Below are positions 1 through 10,643 of a stretch of DNA of 36,135 nucleotides, piece after piece. Source of the stretch: Guillardia theta CCMP2712 (taxonomy: Eukaryota; Protista; Cryptophyta); contig NW_005434520.1 in the NCBI RefSeq assembly GCF_000315625.1, forward strand, positions 21,250-57,384. The letters run 5' to 3'. The position numbers and the translations under genes were made by a program. Each line of letters begins with the position of its first letter. Positions within the stretch are counted from its first letter, which is position 1. The notes beneath the pieces are model-generated. The model searched no databases and was not told the origin of the DNA. It was given only the letters and a program-made list of their open reading frames with translations.

Positions 1-12
1 AGTTGTGCTCAC

Positions 13-87
13 TTCAAGATGGTCTCGTCCTCTTTCCACTTCTCCATAGCTGTTTGCATGTCCGATGGATCAAGCTGAAACCAGTCA
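13..87 (-). CDS. Possible internal exon of a gene running off the window (DWFQLDPSDMQTAMEKWKEDETIL)
   Basis: Minus strand: TAG acceptor at 90-88 after a CT-microsatellite tract, GTGAG donor at 12-8, open frame between them. Confidence 0.3.
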
Positions 88-113
88 CTATGATGCCAAG
101 AGATGGGGTTAAC

Positions 114-198
114 GAGAGGAGAGGAGAGGAGAGGAGAGGAGAGGAGAGGGAGGGAGGGAGGGAGGGAGGGAGGGAGGGAGGGAGGGAGGAGAGAGAGA
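114..198. repeat. (GAGAG)n/(GAGG)n microsatellite
   Basis: Seen directly. Confidence 0.95.
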
Positions 199-331
199 TG
201 TAGGAGAAGATCGAATGCTTCAAGTATCTTGTTGATAATAGTTTACATCCTTCGCCTCCTCTCCCTCCTACTCTACAAGCCTGACGCACTGCGCTAAATT
301 AAAGGCGAAGCCCCCGCCCCCTTCCCCCCTC

Positions 332-559
332 TCACAGCTCCTGCTCGTCCCCGCACGCCCCCGTGATCCTCCTGTGCTCCTTGATCATGGCGATGCATGC
401 ACGGAGGGCAGCGAGCTGCTTGGCGGGAGAGGGGGGAGGAGGAGGAGCTAGGCAAGAGGAGGAGCTCGGGAAGGAAGAGGACGAGGGCAGAGGAGGGGAG
501 GGGAGGGAGGCCAGAGGAGGAGGAAGGGAATGATGCGAGGAGGGATCAAGAGGAGACAT
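332..559 (-). CDS. Small Pro/Ser-rich protein family, copy 1 (MSPLDP...AKQLAALRACIAMIKEHRRITGACGDEQEL*)
   Basis: ATG at 559, C-terminal motif shared with 7 other loci, TATATAAA on the coding strand at ~741-748. Confidence 0.7.
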   Translation of the reverse strand: MSPLDPSSHHSLPPPLASLPSPPLPSSSSFPSSSSCLAPPPPPSPAKQLAALRACIAMIKEHRRITGACGDEQEL

Positions 560-2156
560 TTGGAGGAGGAGCGTGAGAGAGGGGGAGAGAGGAGAGGGAA
601 GGGAGCGCAAGGGCGGGGCGAGAGAGGGGGAGAAGGAATGCCGAGGGGTTTCACCGGTCACGAGGAATCTTTGTGCAAGGAGTCGGATTTCACAGAGTCA
701 AAGGGAAGAAGAAACTTGTTAGGACAGCGATATGTTGCCTTTATATAGCAGGCTGCTGTCTTTCTGCCTTGGTAAGAAGCCCTCTGAGGCGAAGAGGCTT
801 TTATACTCTGGAAAAGATTTTTTTGGAAAACGTATCAGCGCTGCTGACACACCTTTAGTCAGCACTCCAGCGAAGAGGTGCGATTTGGCGACAAGGGGCC
901 GCTATGAAAAGGATTTAACTCGGGAGGCGGCCGCCCTCATTGTTCCCAGACGAGAACCGGGGCTCTCCGAGTAAAACAAGTCACGGTCCGGTCAAGATAC
1001 CACGGCAGTGCAGCCTGATTGATACTTGACTCGTACGCCAGAATCTTTGCGAGATGACTCAGTGAGCCAAAACTAGCATGATATGATCTTGAAAATGAGT
1101 ATAAAAGAATCTTTCAAGCGAGTCCGATCACCTCTGATCAGGCCCGTGTTTGTTTCCGAACGGTTCGTTTGATGCAAGAATCAACAACTCGGACAGCCTG
1201 GTGACTTGGAGCGGCCGCAGCACACAGTGACCCAAGGCAGTGACAGCAGGCTCCATGCAACTGCCCGTTGAACTGACAGACTCGCGGGCGGGCCTGGCTG
1301 CCGCGGGCGAAGTTTAGCGGGCCAACCCCTCCCTTCCACACAATAACGGAACACTAGTCACTGTCGGCGGTGGCAGATCTTGGTAGCGCATTTTCAGTTG
1401 GTTTACCCCTTCCTGGCTTCGTTTGTGACATCAGACAGAGAGAGAGAGAGAGAGCAACAGAGCAATCACTGCTGCGTTAACTTGACTAGAACACAACGAG
1501 CACGACTGGCTACCTGTCAGAGCTCATCATGATGAACCGAGCCCGAGTCAGACACATTGAAAGCCTCCGTTTACTGGAAAGAAGGACAGTGGGCTGTCTC
1601 GTACTCGTGTTTGAAACTGACTTCTCCAGGATATCCCAGGAAACTCTACCCCAGCTGTCGGCTAGGGAATAAACCTTTAGTTTTGGTACGGTGTACCACA
1701 AGGTGACCAGGTACAATGTTCTACCCACACTCCTATCTCAAGCTCTCAGGAGACTTGCCTGCAGTGTTGGCGTTTGCAAGAATGTGAGCTCTTTTTGAAG
1801 CCTTCCATCGACCAAGAGAGCGTCCGATCTTTCTTTTCGTCTTCTCTCGATTCCTCTGGTAAGCTGCCATCTCAGACCGCAGCCCCCCCCCCCCTAAACA
1901 AGCTCTTTGGAACCTTTGCTTCCACCTAGATACCATCCGCTGGTCTCGAGCATCGCGGAATGCTTCTCAAGCTACAAGTATGATGATGGTCGCTACCGAC
2001 ATGTGAGCAAGGAGGAGGGATGGCTGCTAGATGGTTTCCGAGTGTGACGTGAAGGATCTGCTAGCGCTAGCTGTATCATGCGTGCAAGGAAACACAAACT
2101 TAGTAGGGTGTCATGCCCCAATGGACTAGAGCGAGCAACTGTCAAGTATTGTTTGG

Positions 2157-2680
2157 GTATCTTGTTGATAATAGTTTACATCCTTCGCCTCCTCTCCCTC
2201 CTACTCTACAAGCCTGACGCACTGCGCTAAATTAAAGGCGAAGTGCACGAAGCCCCCGCCCCCTTTCCCCCTCTCACAGCTCCTGCTCGTCCCCGCACGC
2301 CCCCGTGATCCTCCTGTGCTCCTTGATCATGGCGATGCTTGCGCGGAGGGCAGCGAGCTGCTTGGCGGGAGAGGGGGGAGGAGGAGGAGCTAGGCAAGAG
2401 GAGGAGAAAGCTGGAGTAGGCGAGCGGAGGGAGGAGAAGGGGAGGGGAGGATGAATGTCGAGAGGAGGGAGGCATGAGGGGGGGGGAGTGGGAGGGATCG
2501 ACAGGAGGCATTGGGAGTGTGTGCGTGAGCGTCTGAGAATGGGACGAAGAGAGGAGAGGCGGGGGGGGGGGGGGGGATCGGAGGCAAGTGAAGAGAAGAG
2601 GAGGATGAGGGAAGGGGGCGGTGGCGAGGGCATGCCTACGAGGGCAGATGCCAAGGGAGGGGGTTTCACCGGTCACGAGG
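2157..2680. repeat. Direct duplication of 226-665 (copy 1/copy 2 unit including 3' flank)
   Basis: Near-identical from GTATCTTGTTGATAATAG through the C-terminal motif; both units end at TTCACCGGTCACGAGG. Confidence 0.9.
2274..2511 (-). CDS. Small protein family, copy 2 (AKQLAALRASIAMIKEHRRITGACGDEQEL*); the ATG homologous to copy 1 is out of frame
   Basis: MPPVDPS start at 2511 lies 238 nt from the stop (3n+1). A G homopolymer at ~2478-2486 could be a real frameshift or an assembly error. Confidence 0.55.
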
Positions 2681-3458
2681 GTTCCGCTCAACTCGCTCCA
2701 AGAAGTCAAAACCTGCTATACTTGACTCAGCCGAGCTGCTGCCCCACCGACTCATCAGGCTGATCCTAATGAGCAGAGTAGAGGTGGAGTGCTGCCCCAG
2801 TTTTGACCTCCGCATCTCTATTATTCTTGGGAACAATAACTTGGCAACAAGGGCGGCGGGCCGTGATTCTGACTAAGTCACGGCACCCAGCACGTTACCC
2901 GTGAGGCTAGAGCAGAGAAGATCTCAGATGGGGCGATCTCGGAGAGCAACAGCCTCCGACTCCCGTAAACACTCTTGAAGAGAAAATCTAGAACCGTCGC
3001 AACTGCCTTATTGCTCAGCCGCTGTCAGATGCCCAACCTTGCAGCACCACCGGGCCAGGCGGGTTAGTTGGTTGTTCTTTCACTTAAATTACCAGCCGCG
3101 GGTGATGATCAAATGACCTGCTGCCAGCAAAACAAATGAAGAAATCAGAAGTCACCATGGCCACCAACAGATGCATGTATGAGGCAAGAGTAAAACCTTC
3201 TGTTTCCAGGCAACAGACTCTTCTTGCAGAATAGAATGAGCGTCCTCTCAGAGAAGAGATTCAAAGAGACTCTTGTCGAAAGAAACCCATAGGACTTCAC
3301 AAGGTGATATGAAGCTTCTTCGTGGTTAAAAGCTCCTGCTCTTCATCCTACCAAGAACGACGATACACGACGTGGGAGGAATAGATTGGGTATTTTGTTG
3401 TTTATTAATACACTCGCACCGTACAAACGTGATTCTTCTTCCCTCAAGCAGACCCTCC

Positions 3459-3632
3459 TCACAGCTTCTGCCCGCGTCCGCACGCCCCGAGTGAGGAGAG
3501 GGAGTTGGGCATGGGGAGGAGCTCAAGAAGGAAGAGGAGGAGGCTGGAGGACGGGAAGTGAGGGGAGGGAAAGAGGGACGTGAAGAGGAGGCTCTCGCTA
3601 CCGCGCCACCTGCACGCTCATCGGTCACAAGG
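3459..3632 (-). pseudogene. Relic copy 8 of the small protein family (ends GACGRGQKL*, helix deleted)
   Basis: GGG GCG TGC GGA CGC GGG CAG AAG CTG TGA matches the copy 1 tail. SSSSFLSSSPC lies upstream in another frame. AATAAA is ~50 nt downstream. Confidence 0.6.
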
Positions 3633-3739
3633 CGTTTATTGTATCATCATAGCTCCTACACATGTACACTCCTGTCTCAGCCTATCCTACTCCCTGCAGT
3701 CTCATCTGCAGCTTCCCTCCTGCCTCCCTTGCTTGCCCT

Positions 3740-4048
3740 TCACAGCGTCTGCTCTCTCCCCATGGCGTCTTTGATCCTCCTGTGCTGCTGGATCATGGCG
3801 ATGCTTGCCCGCAGAGCGGCGAGCTGCTTGGCGCGCGTCAGGCCCAGAGGTGACGCCGCAGTAGGTCGAGGAGGGTAGGGGCCGGAGAGCAGGGCGGGGA
3901 GGCTGAGGTCGGGAGTAGGAGGAGGCAGGGGCGGCAGGGAGCATGAGTGAGAAGCAGAGCAGCAGCTGGACCGAGAGGGGAGAGGAGCTCGCAGAAAGAC
4001 GTGAGGCCTCAGGGCGTCGGCATCAGGGGCGAGAGGAGCTGGAGACAT
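3740..4048 (-). CDS. Small protein family, copy 3 (MSPAP...FLRAP...AKQLAALRASIAMIQQHRRIKDAMGREQTL*)
   Basis: Intact 102-aa ATG ORF with the conserved motif; AATAAA on the coding strand at ~3634-3639. Confidence 0.75.
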   Translation of the reverse strand: MSPAPLAPDADALRPHVFLRAPLPSRSSCCSASHSCSLPPLPPPTPDLSLPALLSGPYPPRPTAASPLGLTRAKQLAALRASIAMIQQHRRIKDAMGREQTL

Positions 4049-5587
4049 GACGAGGGCAGGTGTTGTCGTAGGAGGAGGTGAAGGAGGGGATCAGAGAGGA
4101 TCTGGAGGGTCAGGCGAGCGATCTGGGAGCGTGGCAGGGGCGAGGAGGAGGCGGGAGGGCGACGGGAGGCAAGAAGGCAGGGCGTCTACATGGGCACAGG
4201 TCGGGGCATGGAGTCCTCGTGATCGGGGAATCCTGGTGTATCCATAAGGAGTCATAGAAGGGGGCGAAGGAGTCAGAGAGGTTTGGGGATGTGAGGGTGC
4301 GGGAGCTAGGAGAGCATCGCTGTCCTGCCTGGACAGTAGGAGGAAGCTCTGAGGGTAGCCCGATACCATCGGCCGCCAAGAGATCGGAAAATCTGAAAAT
4401 GCAACGCTTTGGAGACAAAAAGGATATAAAAACGGCCTCGGACTCTCATTGTTCCCGACCTTCCAACAGTAACTCAGCTCGGTCCTTGATCAGCGACTGC
4501 CGGTCACGAGACTCATTCAATGAGCGCCGCCGCCGGGCCGTCGGATTGTTCCGAGAGTTGGCCGCGAGTCCGATCAGCACCGGCCGCCGCGGGCGCCCGT
4601 CCGACGCGGCCTATGTAAGAACTCGGATAAGTTCTTGGAGACGGCGAGAAGTTCAGGGTATTGCGTCTCATTGGTGGACGAAGCTCAGCGAGATGAGATG
4701 GAAGTGGATTTTGACATAGGTCTGGAATTAGGGAATCGATCGGACGAGCCTGAGGGTCAGGCATGAAGAGGGGATTAGTTAGGTGGACACGTGTCCTAGC
4801 GCGCAATTCTGCATTGAGGTGGAGAGCAAGGGGTGAAGGGAAGGTGTTTGGTGTGAATAAAGGAGGTTTGGTGGAGTTGAGTGTTTGATCAGAGAGATCT
4901 TCTGGTCACCGTAAGTTGTGTTGGAAGGTTGTACAGCTGCACGGCCGCGCCGCAGTTAGGCTGAGAGCCCCGGCGGACGGTCCGTGGCAATTGAAGCCTC
5001 ACTGCGGCCAAAAGCTCTCGCCCCGTTGAGGGCCCACCGTCGGGTCGTGATCCTTGGTAGCGCCTGACGGTAGCCTCCGCTCTCAGCAGCGACTGGCAAG
5101 CCGCACTGACTCAGCTAAGTCACTCAGCAAGTTGGCCCGGACAGCCCTCAGTAAGATTGCAATGTGACTCATATAAATGCCGCACTGAGTCACTGGCACA
5201 CTTGCCGAGTGCTCTTCCGCATCTTAAAGGCCGCTAATCCCGAGTCCAGGCGGCTCAGTACACTTGCCACCAGCCTGTCCACCCGTGGGGGCCGTGACTC
5301 AGTGACCGTACGGTACCGTACTACGGTACTACCGGTACTATACGTGGTAGTACCGGGTCCGACCGTCGGTCTGTCAGTTTGATGACCGTACTGTGATGGT
5401 TACTCTCTGTAACCGCCCGGGCATTTGAAGGGGCAAGTCAAAAGTTTCGAGTACTCACTGATCACACTGCAGTGATCCGACGGACATTACTACTGGCAGC
5501 TCATTTACTACAGGAGGAATACTCCGAAGGGTCGCAGTTAAGTCAGCTTGACTGGCTCCCGCGTGACGGGAGCCAGTCAACTCCCTC

Positions 5588-5794
5588 ATGGCATCTCGGA
5601 CTCCCAGCTCTCCTCCCTCCATGCCCCCTCCCCTCCCCTCCCCGCTTCCTCCAGCCCCTCTCACTGCCGTCTGCCAGCACAGCGTCCCTTCCCTCAGCAG
5701 CGCTCGCAAGCGTTCAGCCTTGCAGGCGAGCATCGCGATGGTGCAGGAGCACCGGAGCATCACCACCGCTTTGGGTCAAGGACAAGCGCTGTGA
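5588..5794 (+). CDS. Small protein family, copy 4 (RKRSALQASIAMVQEHRSITTALGQGQAL*)
   Basis: Intact 68-aa ATG ORF with the conserved motif. Confidence 0.7.
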   Translation: MASRTPSSPPSMPPPLPSPLPPAPLTAVCQHSVPSLSSARKRSALQASIAMVQEHRSITTALGQGQAL

Positions 5795-6526
5795 CAAGAG
5801 CCCCCGACCGACGGTGTGAGCAAGAGAGGGAGAGGCGCGGGCGGGGAGCTTGTCTAGTGAGTAGGGCGTTTGTTTTCATTTCATTGGTAAGTGGATGAGA
5901 AGCAGCATATCGCTCAACATGTCACGATAAGAGATCGTTTACCTCCATTATCCTCACATCTGTTAACATCAAGACGTTCGTTAGAGGGTCTTGCTGCCTC
6001 CATGACTGATAGCCAGGTGAGAGCGATGTCTCGGCGATCTCTGCGGGTAGAGATCGAGCTAGACACGTCATGGCACATCCTAGAGAGTCCGATCACTCGA
6101 CACAACTGCACACACAAGGTTGATTGAGAGTGATCGAGTAGCTAGCTCTGCTTGTGATCTTCTCACAGCCACGTATCACACACACCTCGAAGCTTTGCGG
6201 GTTTCAGACGTCTAGAGCCAATGCTCAAGGCACCTCCGCTGGATCAGATGAAGGTGAAGTTGTGATGTCGAGTTTACTAGCGATGCTAGATCAGCGTGAC
6301 ATACAACATGAAGAGAGAACAGACCCTTCTAGCTGATATTACATAGCTGGTGTTGGCGAGAGGCCGAATAGCATACAAATGAATACTCATCACAATATCA
6401 AAATCATTACAGTATTTCTCCGTATCTCCCTGCTCCTGATAGACCGAGTTCTGTGTCAACATCGTAACAGGCAACTGGGCATGGCAGGGCGTCGAGACGT
6501 GTTGAGGCCTTGTAAAGCTCAACTCG

Positions 6527-6790
6527 TCACAGGGCCTGTGCTTGTCCCAAGGCATTCATAATCACCCTATGCTCTCTGATCATGGCGATGCTGGCGTGTA
6601 AGGCAGCCACCTGCTTGTCGGAGCTGAGAGGGCAGTATGCGCTTGCACCGACTTGTGGGCGAGCGGGAGAGGGACGATGGACGAGGAAGGAAGGGAGGAG
6701 GGGAGGAGCAGGAGCAGAGCATGGAGAGGGAGGGAGGGGGCGAGGAGCTCGTAGGAATGTGGGAGCAGCGGGCATGGCGACCGTCTCCAT
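6527..6790 (-). CDS. Small protein family, copy 5 (FLRAP...DKQVAALHASIAMIREHRVIMNALGQAQAL*)
   Basis: Intact 87-aa ATG ORF with the conserved motif. Confidence 0.72.
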   Translation of the reverse strand: METVAMPAAPTFLRAPRPLPPSPCSAPAPPLLPSFLVHRPSPARPQVGASAYCPLSSDKQVAALHASIAMIREHRVIMNALGQAQAL

Positions 6791-6925
6791 CCCTGATCTT
6801 GCAACGTTTCGAATCGGTCACTTTACGGTAGCCATGCAAGTAAGGTACCAGTCTCCGTACGCTTTTGGGCACAGCCGTTGAAGAATCACGTGCAGCAAAC
6901 TGAGAGTAGTAACAATCGTGATACC

Positions 6926-7150
6926 ATGTGCGGCCAGACCCCCGCGGCATCTCGGACTCCCAGCTCTCCTCCCTCCATGCCCCCTCCCCTCCCCTCCCCG
7001 CTTCCTCCAGCCCCTCTCACTGCCGTCTGCCAGCACAGCGTCCCTTCCCTCAGCAGCGCTCGCAAGCGTTCAGCCTTGCAGGCGAGCATCACGATGGTGC
7101 AGGAGCACCGGAGCATCACCACCGCTTTGGGTCGAGCACAAGCGCTGTGA
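6926..7150 (+). CDS. Small protein family, copy 6, a near-identical duplicate of copy 4
   Basis: 6947-7208 is nearly identical to 5590-5852; in-frame ATGs at 6926 and 6977. Confidence 0.65.
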   Translation: MCGQTPAASRTPSSPPSMPPPLPSPLPPAPLTAVCQHSVPSLSSARKRSALQASITMVQEHRSITTALGRAQAL

Positions 7151-7652
7151 CAAGAGCCCCCGACCGACGGTGTGAGCAAGAGAGGGAGAGGCGCGGGCGG
7201 GGAGCTTGTGGAGGCCACCAAGTTTGGGTGAGTGATGAGTAGTCTTGTGATGAGTAAACTAGTGAGTAGGGCGTTTGTTTTCATTTCATTAGTCAGTGAC
7301 ATCCTCAAATCTCCATCCCTATAAGTTTGAGTCAAAGATCCACTGGTCTGACTCGGAGAAAGCTGCTGCTGCTGCTGCTGCAGCTGCTCGCTCCATTCGA
7401 CTTCTTCCTCAGAACTCTCTTCAGCAATTTCTGTTTGAAATGCTCCTGATTGCTTAGATCGAGGTTGAGGGCTCCTTTCCGGCTGAGGTTTCTTTCCTCC
7501 TCGTCCTTGTTTCGAGGTCATGAATCAACCACTTCGCTTCCAGAATGTTGTATACACAACACAGAGATTGTCAACGACACGAGTAAAGTAAGGATGAAGA
7601 AGATAGAGATGCAGAAGATAGAAGTCTCTAAGTTTACTGGGAGGTAAACTAC

Positions 7653-7867
7653 TGTTAGGATATGCTCCTAAACTGTGATTCAAATAACAGTGCGAGTGAT
7701 GCGCAGCAGTTCCTTCAAGAAACAAACAGTATCTACGATCCGTAAACCATGCACGTGAAGTTTATTCTTTCTCAATTTTCCTTAAATATAGAGGATTAGC
7801 TAAACTAGGAATCTGCCTCAGATACCTCAAAATAAAGTAAGTAAAGTTAGCACAATAAATCCTATCA
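7653..7867 (-). repeat. 3' LTR (215 bp), termini TGATAGGAT...ATCCTAACA
   Basis: TG..CA ends with an 8/9 inverted match; preceded by the PPT-like TAGTGGGAGCGAA. Confidence 0.88.
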
Positions 7868-7983
7868 TTCGCTCCCACTAGCACAACAATTGAGAATCTT
7901 CTTCACATTGTCTTCGCTGCAAATATCAACGAATCAACAAATTAAAATCCCGAATCATCATCTTCAATGTATCCGTGGTAAAT

Positions 7984-9055
7984 TCACGAGAATGCAACCA
8001 AGAATTGTCTGAAGACTTGATCGTACCCTTTCCATTTGACCAAATATTGCACTCGATTACCTTTTCCACGACGTGCTAAAATTCGTTCAACTTCGTAAAA
8101 ATCTCCGTCTTGTTGAATCAATGGCAATGGAGGTGCCACTGAATTTTCCAAATCAACGTCACGAACGTAATACGGTCTGAGCTTCGACACATTGAAAACC
8201 GTTTTCTTCAAATGCTGAAACCTTGCTGTGAATTCCAATCGAACTGAACTATCCGAAACTTTCTCCTGTATCTTGAAAGGACCAATGAAACGCAACTTCA
8301 TCTTTGCCACTGTTTCTGGTAATTTCAGATCCCGCGTTGAGAGCATCACCATTTCATCGACCTTGTAATCTCGCAGTTTGCGATGTTGCTTCATAAATTT
8401 TTCTGTTTGAATTGCTGACAACGTCAATGCATCTCTTGCGATGTCGATTGCAGCCAAAATTTCATTTCTTACCTCTTCGACGTCCTCTTCTTGACCGTCT
8501 GGTGACAAATCGACTACAGTTCGAATATCACGACCATAAATAATCTGAAATGGAGTGAGATTTGTAGAATTCCTGACTGTCGAGTTCCAAATTGTCTCCA
8601 AATGAATCAAATAATTGTCCCATAATTTTGCATCGTGCTTCAAACAAAAGATACGCAACGCTTCAACAATCACACTGTTGAACTTCTCCACTCTGCCTTG
8701 TGCCTGAGGGTGATAAACGCTGCTGTGTCTTACATCCACACTCATGAGTCGAAACAACTCTTCCCAAAACTTGAGCTCGGTAAACAGTTTCAAAATAAGC
8801 CTTAGCCGCTTGCTTTGAATTGATTGATTTCTTACAAGGATACAGAAATACTCTGTTCGAAAATTGATCAAGAAACACAAGCACGCTATCATTTCCTCTT
8901 TTCGACACTGGTAACGCTGAAAGCAGATCCACAGTAATCTTTTCAAACCTTTCCTGAGTAACCCAATGACTATGTGGAACTCCTGCTGACCTTTGCTTGT
9001 AAGACTGTGCCTGTGAACACTCGGAACATGAGTTGACGTAGTTTGTCACATCTCT
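7984..9055 (-). pseudogene. Integrase-chromodomain remnant, frameshifted
   Basis: CSEC zinc half, DLLSALP..VFLDQFS, YHPQAQGRVEKFN, FIGPFKI and YEVERIL..QYLVKWKGY. A deletion/frameshift at ~8770 removes the usual IVSDRD segment. Confidence 0.92.
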
Positions 9056-9332
9056 TGCCGGATCAACACCCTCTACAACTGACGGTTGAAGATGTCACCT
9101 TAATCGGTGCCCACTGCGATGCCTGGATCACCTTCAATCTGGCTCGATCCATACCACAATCGCCCTTCTCCAAAACTACAGTCCCGGCATACATGTACGA
9201 TGGATACTTTCCTATGTGATCCATCGAACAGTAGTCCTCTTCTGCCATACCATCAGCTTCCACAGCCGCCTTCACTTTACCCATCAAATGCATCTTAATA
9301 AATTGACTGTAAAGTCCAGAAACGAAATTTCT

Positions 9333-10172
9333 TTAATATGCTGTTGCCATCAAATATTTCCGTCGAAACTTGTAACATGCAATGATGTGATTGGCACCCT
9401 GTCCAATCTGGCGAACATTTTTCTTTTCAAGTTTGATGCTCAACCAGTTTCGCAACATCCAAATCCCCATTACCATTACCCGGTAAGGACATGGCCTGCT
9501 CCTCGTACGGTCAGTCCGTGGAACCATCCAACTGATCCTCTTGTCCCCAAAAAGCGACGCTGCCATTGCATTCCGATTTTTCTGATGCTTGCATTGCACC
9601 TCTACATCTCGCAACCAAGTCACAAGTGACTTATCAACATCGACAATCCCATCGAATAGCGACACATACTTCATACCAATATTGCAGGTACAACCCGATG
9701 CATCCTGTTCATATGTGGACCCGTTATCCAGAGCACTCTTTTCCTCAAAATGCTCTATACTTTTGACTGAATGTGCCAAACAAGCTTGAGTCCCCGACGG
9801 CATTTGCTCTGGAAGTACTTCATGGGTTCGCTTAACTTGCTCCATTTCCATACGCATAGCATCTACTAGTCGACTCAATGTTTGACAATTCGCACGCAAT
9901 TCATCGTTCTCCTCTTGGAGATCCCGATAAGTCACCAAGTTGCCCTTCCTCAGTAAGAACGGTTTTTGTTGTACATCATCCATTCCCAATGTTTTCGGCG
10001 CAATGTCCACGCCACGTCCATCCATGGACTCTGGCACAAGAGAACCTGTCTGCCCCGATCCTGGCACACAAGATTGTACCTCACAGATCTCAGACTTCTC
10101 CCGTTCACAAGTATTGATTCTTTCTGGAGAACCCCTCATGGTATCTCTCATGAAAGTACCAAACTTTGACAT
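9333..10172 (-). CDS. LTR element ORF1 in the gag position, with a coiled-coil-like segment; unrecognised
   Basis: 279-aa ORF just downstream of the PBS; the frame stays open up to ~10247 (YVCEQCSSW). Confidence 0.5.
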   Translation of the reverse strand: MSKFGTFMRDTMRGSPERINTCEREKSEICEVQSCVPGSGQTGSLVPESMDGRGVDIAPKTLGMDDVQQKPFLLRKGNLVTYRDLQEENDELRANCQTLSRLVDAMRMEMEQVKRTHEVLPEQMPSGTQACLAHSVKSIEHFEEKSALDNGSTYEQDASGCTCNIGMKYVSLFDGIVDVDKSLVTWLRDVEVQCKHQKNRNAMAASLFGDKRISWMVPRTDRTRSRPCPYRVMVMGIWMLRNWLSIKLEKKNVRQIGQGANHIIACYKFRRKYLMATAY

Positions 10173-10324
10173 TCCGGGCCAGATTTCACCATACCAGAAA
10201 TCCCAGAATTGCCAGGACGAACATTGTTCGCAGACATAGATCCACTGTTAACCATGTTTTCTTGATTACTTCGCTACAAGCCGCTGAAATTTCACGAAGT
10301 GAAAACCAACCTTCGCTACCAAAA

Positions 10325-10453
10325 TGTTAGGATATGCTCCTAAACTGTGATTCAAATAAGAGTGCGAGTGATGCGCAGCAGTTCCTTCAAGAAACAAACA
10401 GTATCTACGATCCGTAAACCATGCACGTGAAGTTTATTCTTTCTCAATTTTCC
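10325..10453 (-). repeat. 5' LTR, truncated (outer 86 bp missing)
   Basis: Matches 7653-7781 with one mismatch, then diverges abruptly. Confidence 0.9.
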
Positions 10454-10643
10454 CGTTTGTCAGTTGCCGGGCGTCAAGGTGTTGAAAGGCAAGCGTTGAA
10501 GGGCTCCGAGTAGCCCTCAGGCTCAGGCATCCTCACTTTCGATGCGAAGCTAGACGTTTCCGGCCTCTTGTCTCCATCGCTCCCGAGGCTTCACCCTTGC
10601 CAACATGTGCGGTCGTGTTGAGGTTCTTCCTATCCCCATCTCG

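Larger units (their letters stand above)
7653..10453 (-). mobile_element. Defective Ty3/Gypsy (chromovirus-type) LTR retrotransposon
   Basis: LTR pair matching at 128/129 nt, PBS TGGTAGCGAAG (10321-10311), purine tract next to the 3' LTR, integrase with GPF motif and chromodomain. No RT or RNase H motifs seen. Confidence 0.92.

Noticed and set aside
332-346. C-terminal DEQEL as an ER-retrieval signal, or QxL as PTS1
   Set aside because: No signal peptide, and the paralogs end QTL/QAL/QVL, which fit neither consensus.
1500-2000. Minus-strand protein-like fragments (also 3200-3380 and 7300-7650)
   Set aside because: Short, interrupted and without an identifiable domain; possibly TE or gene debris but not supportable.
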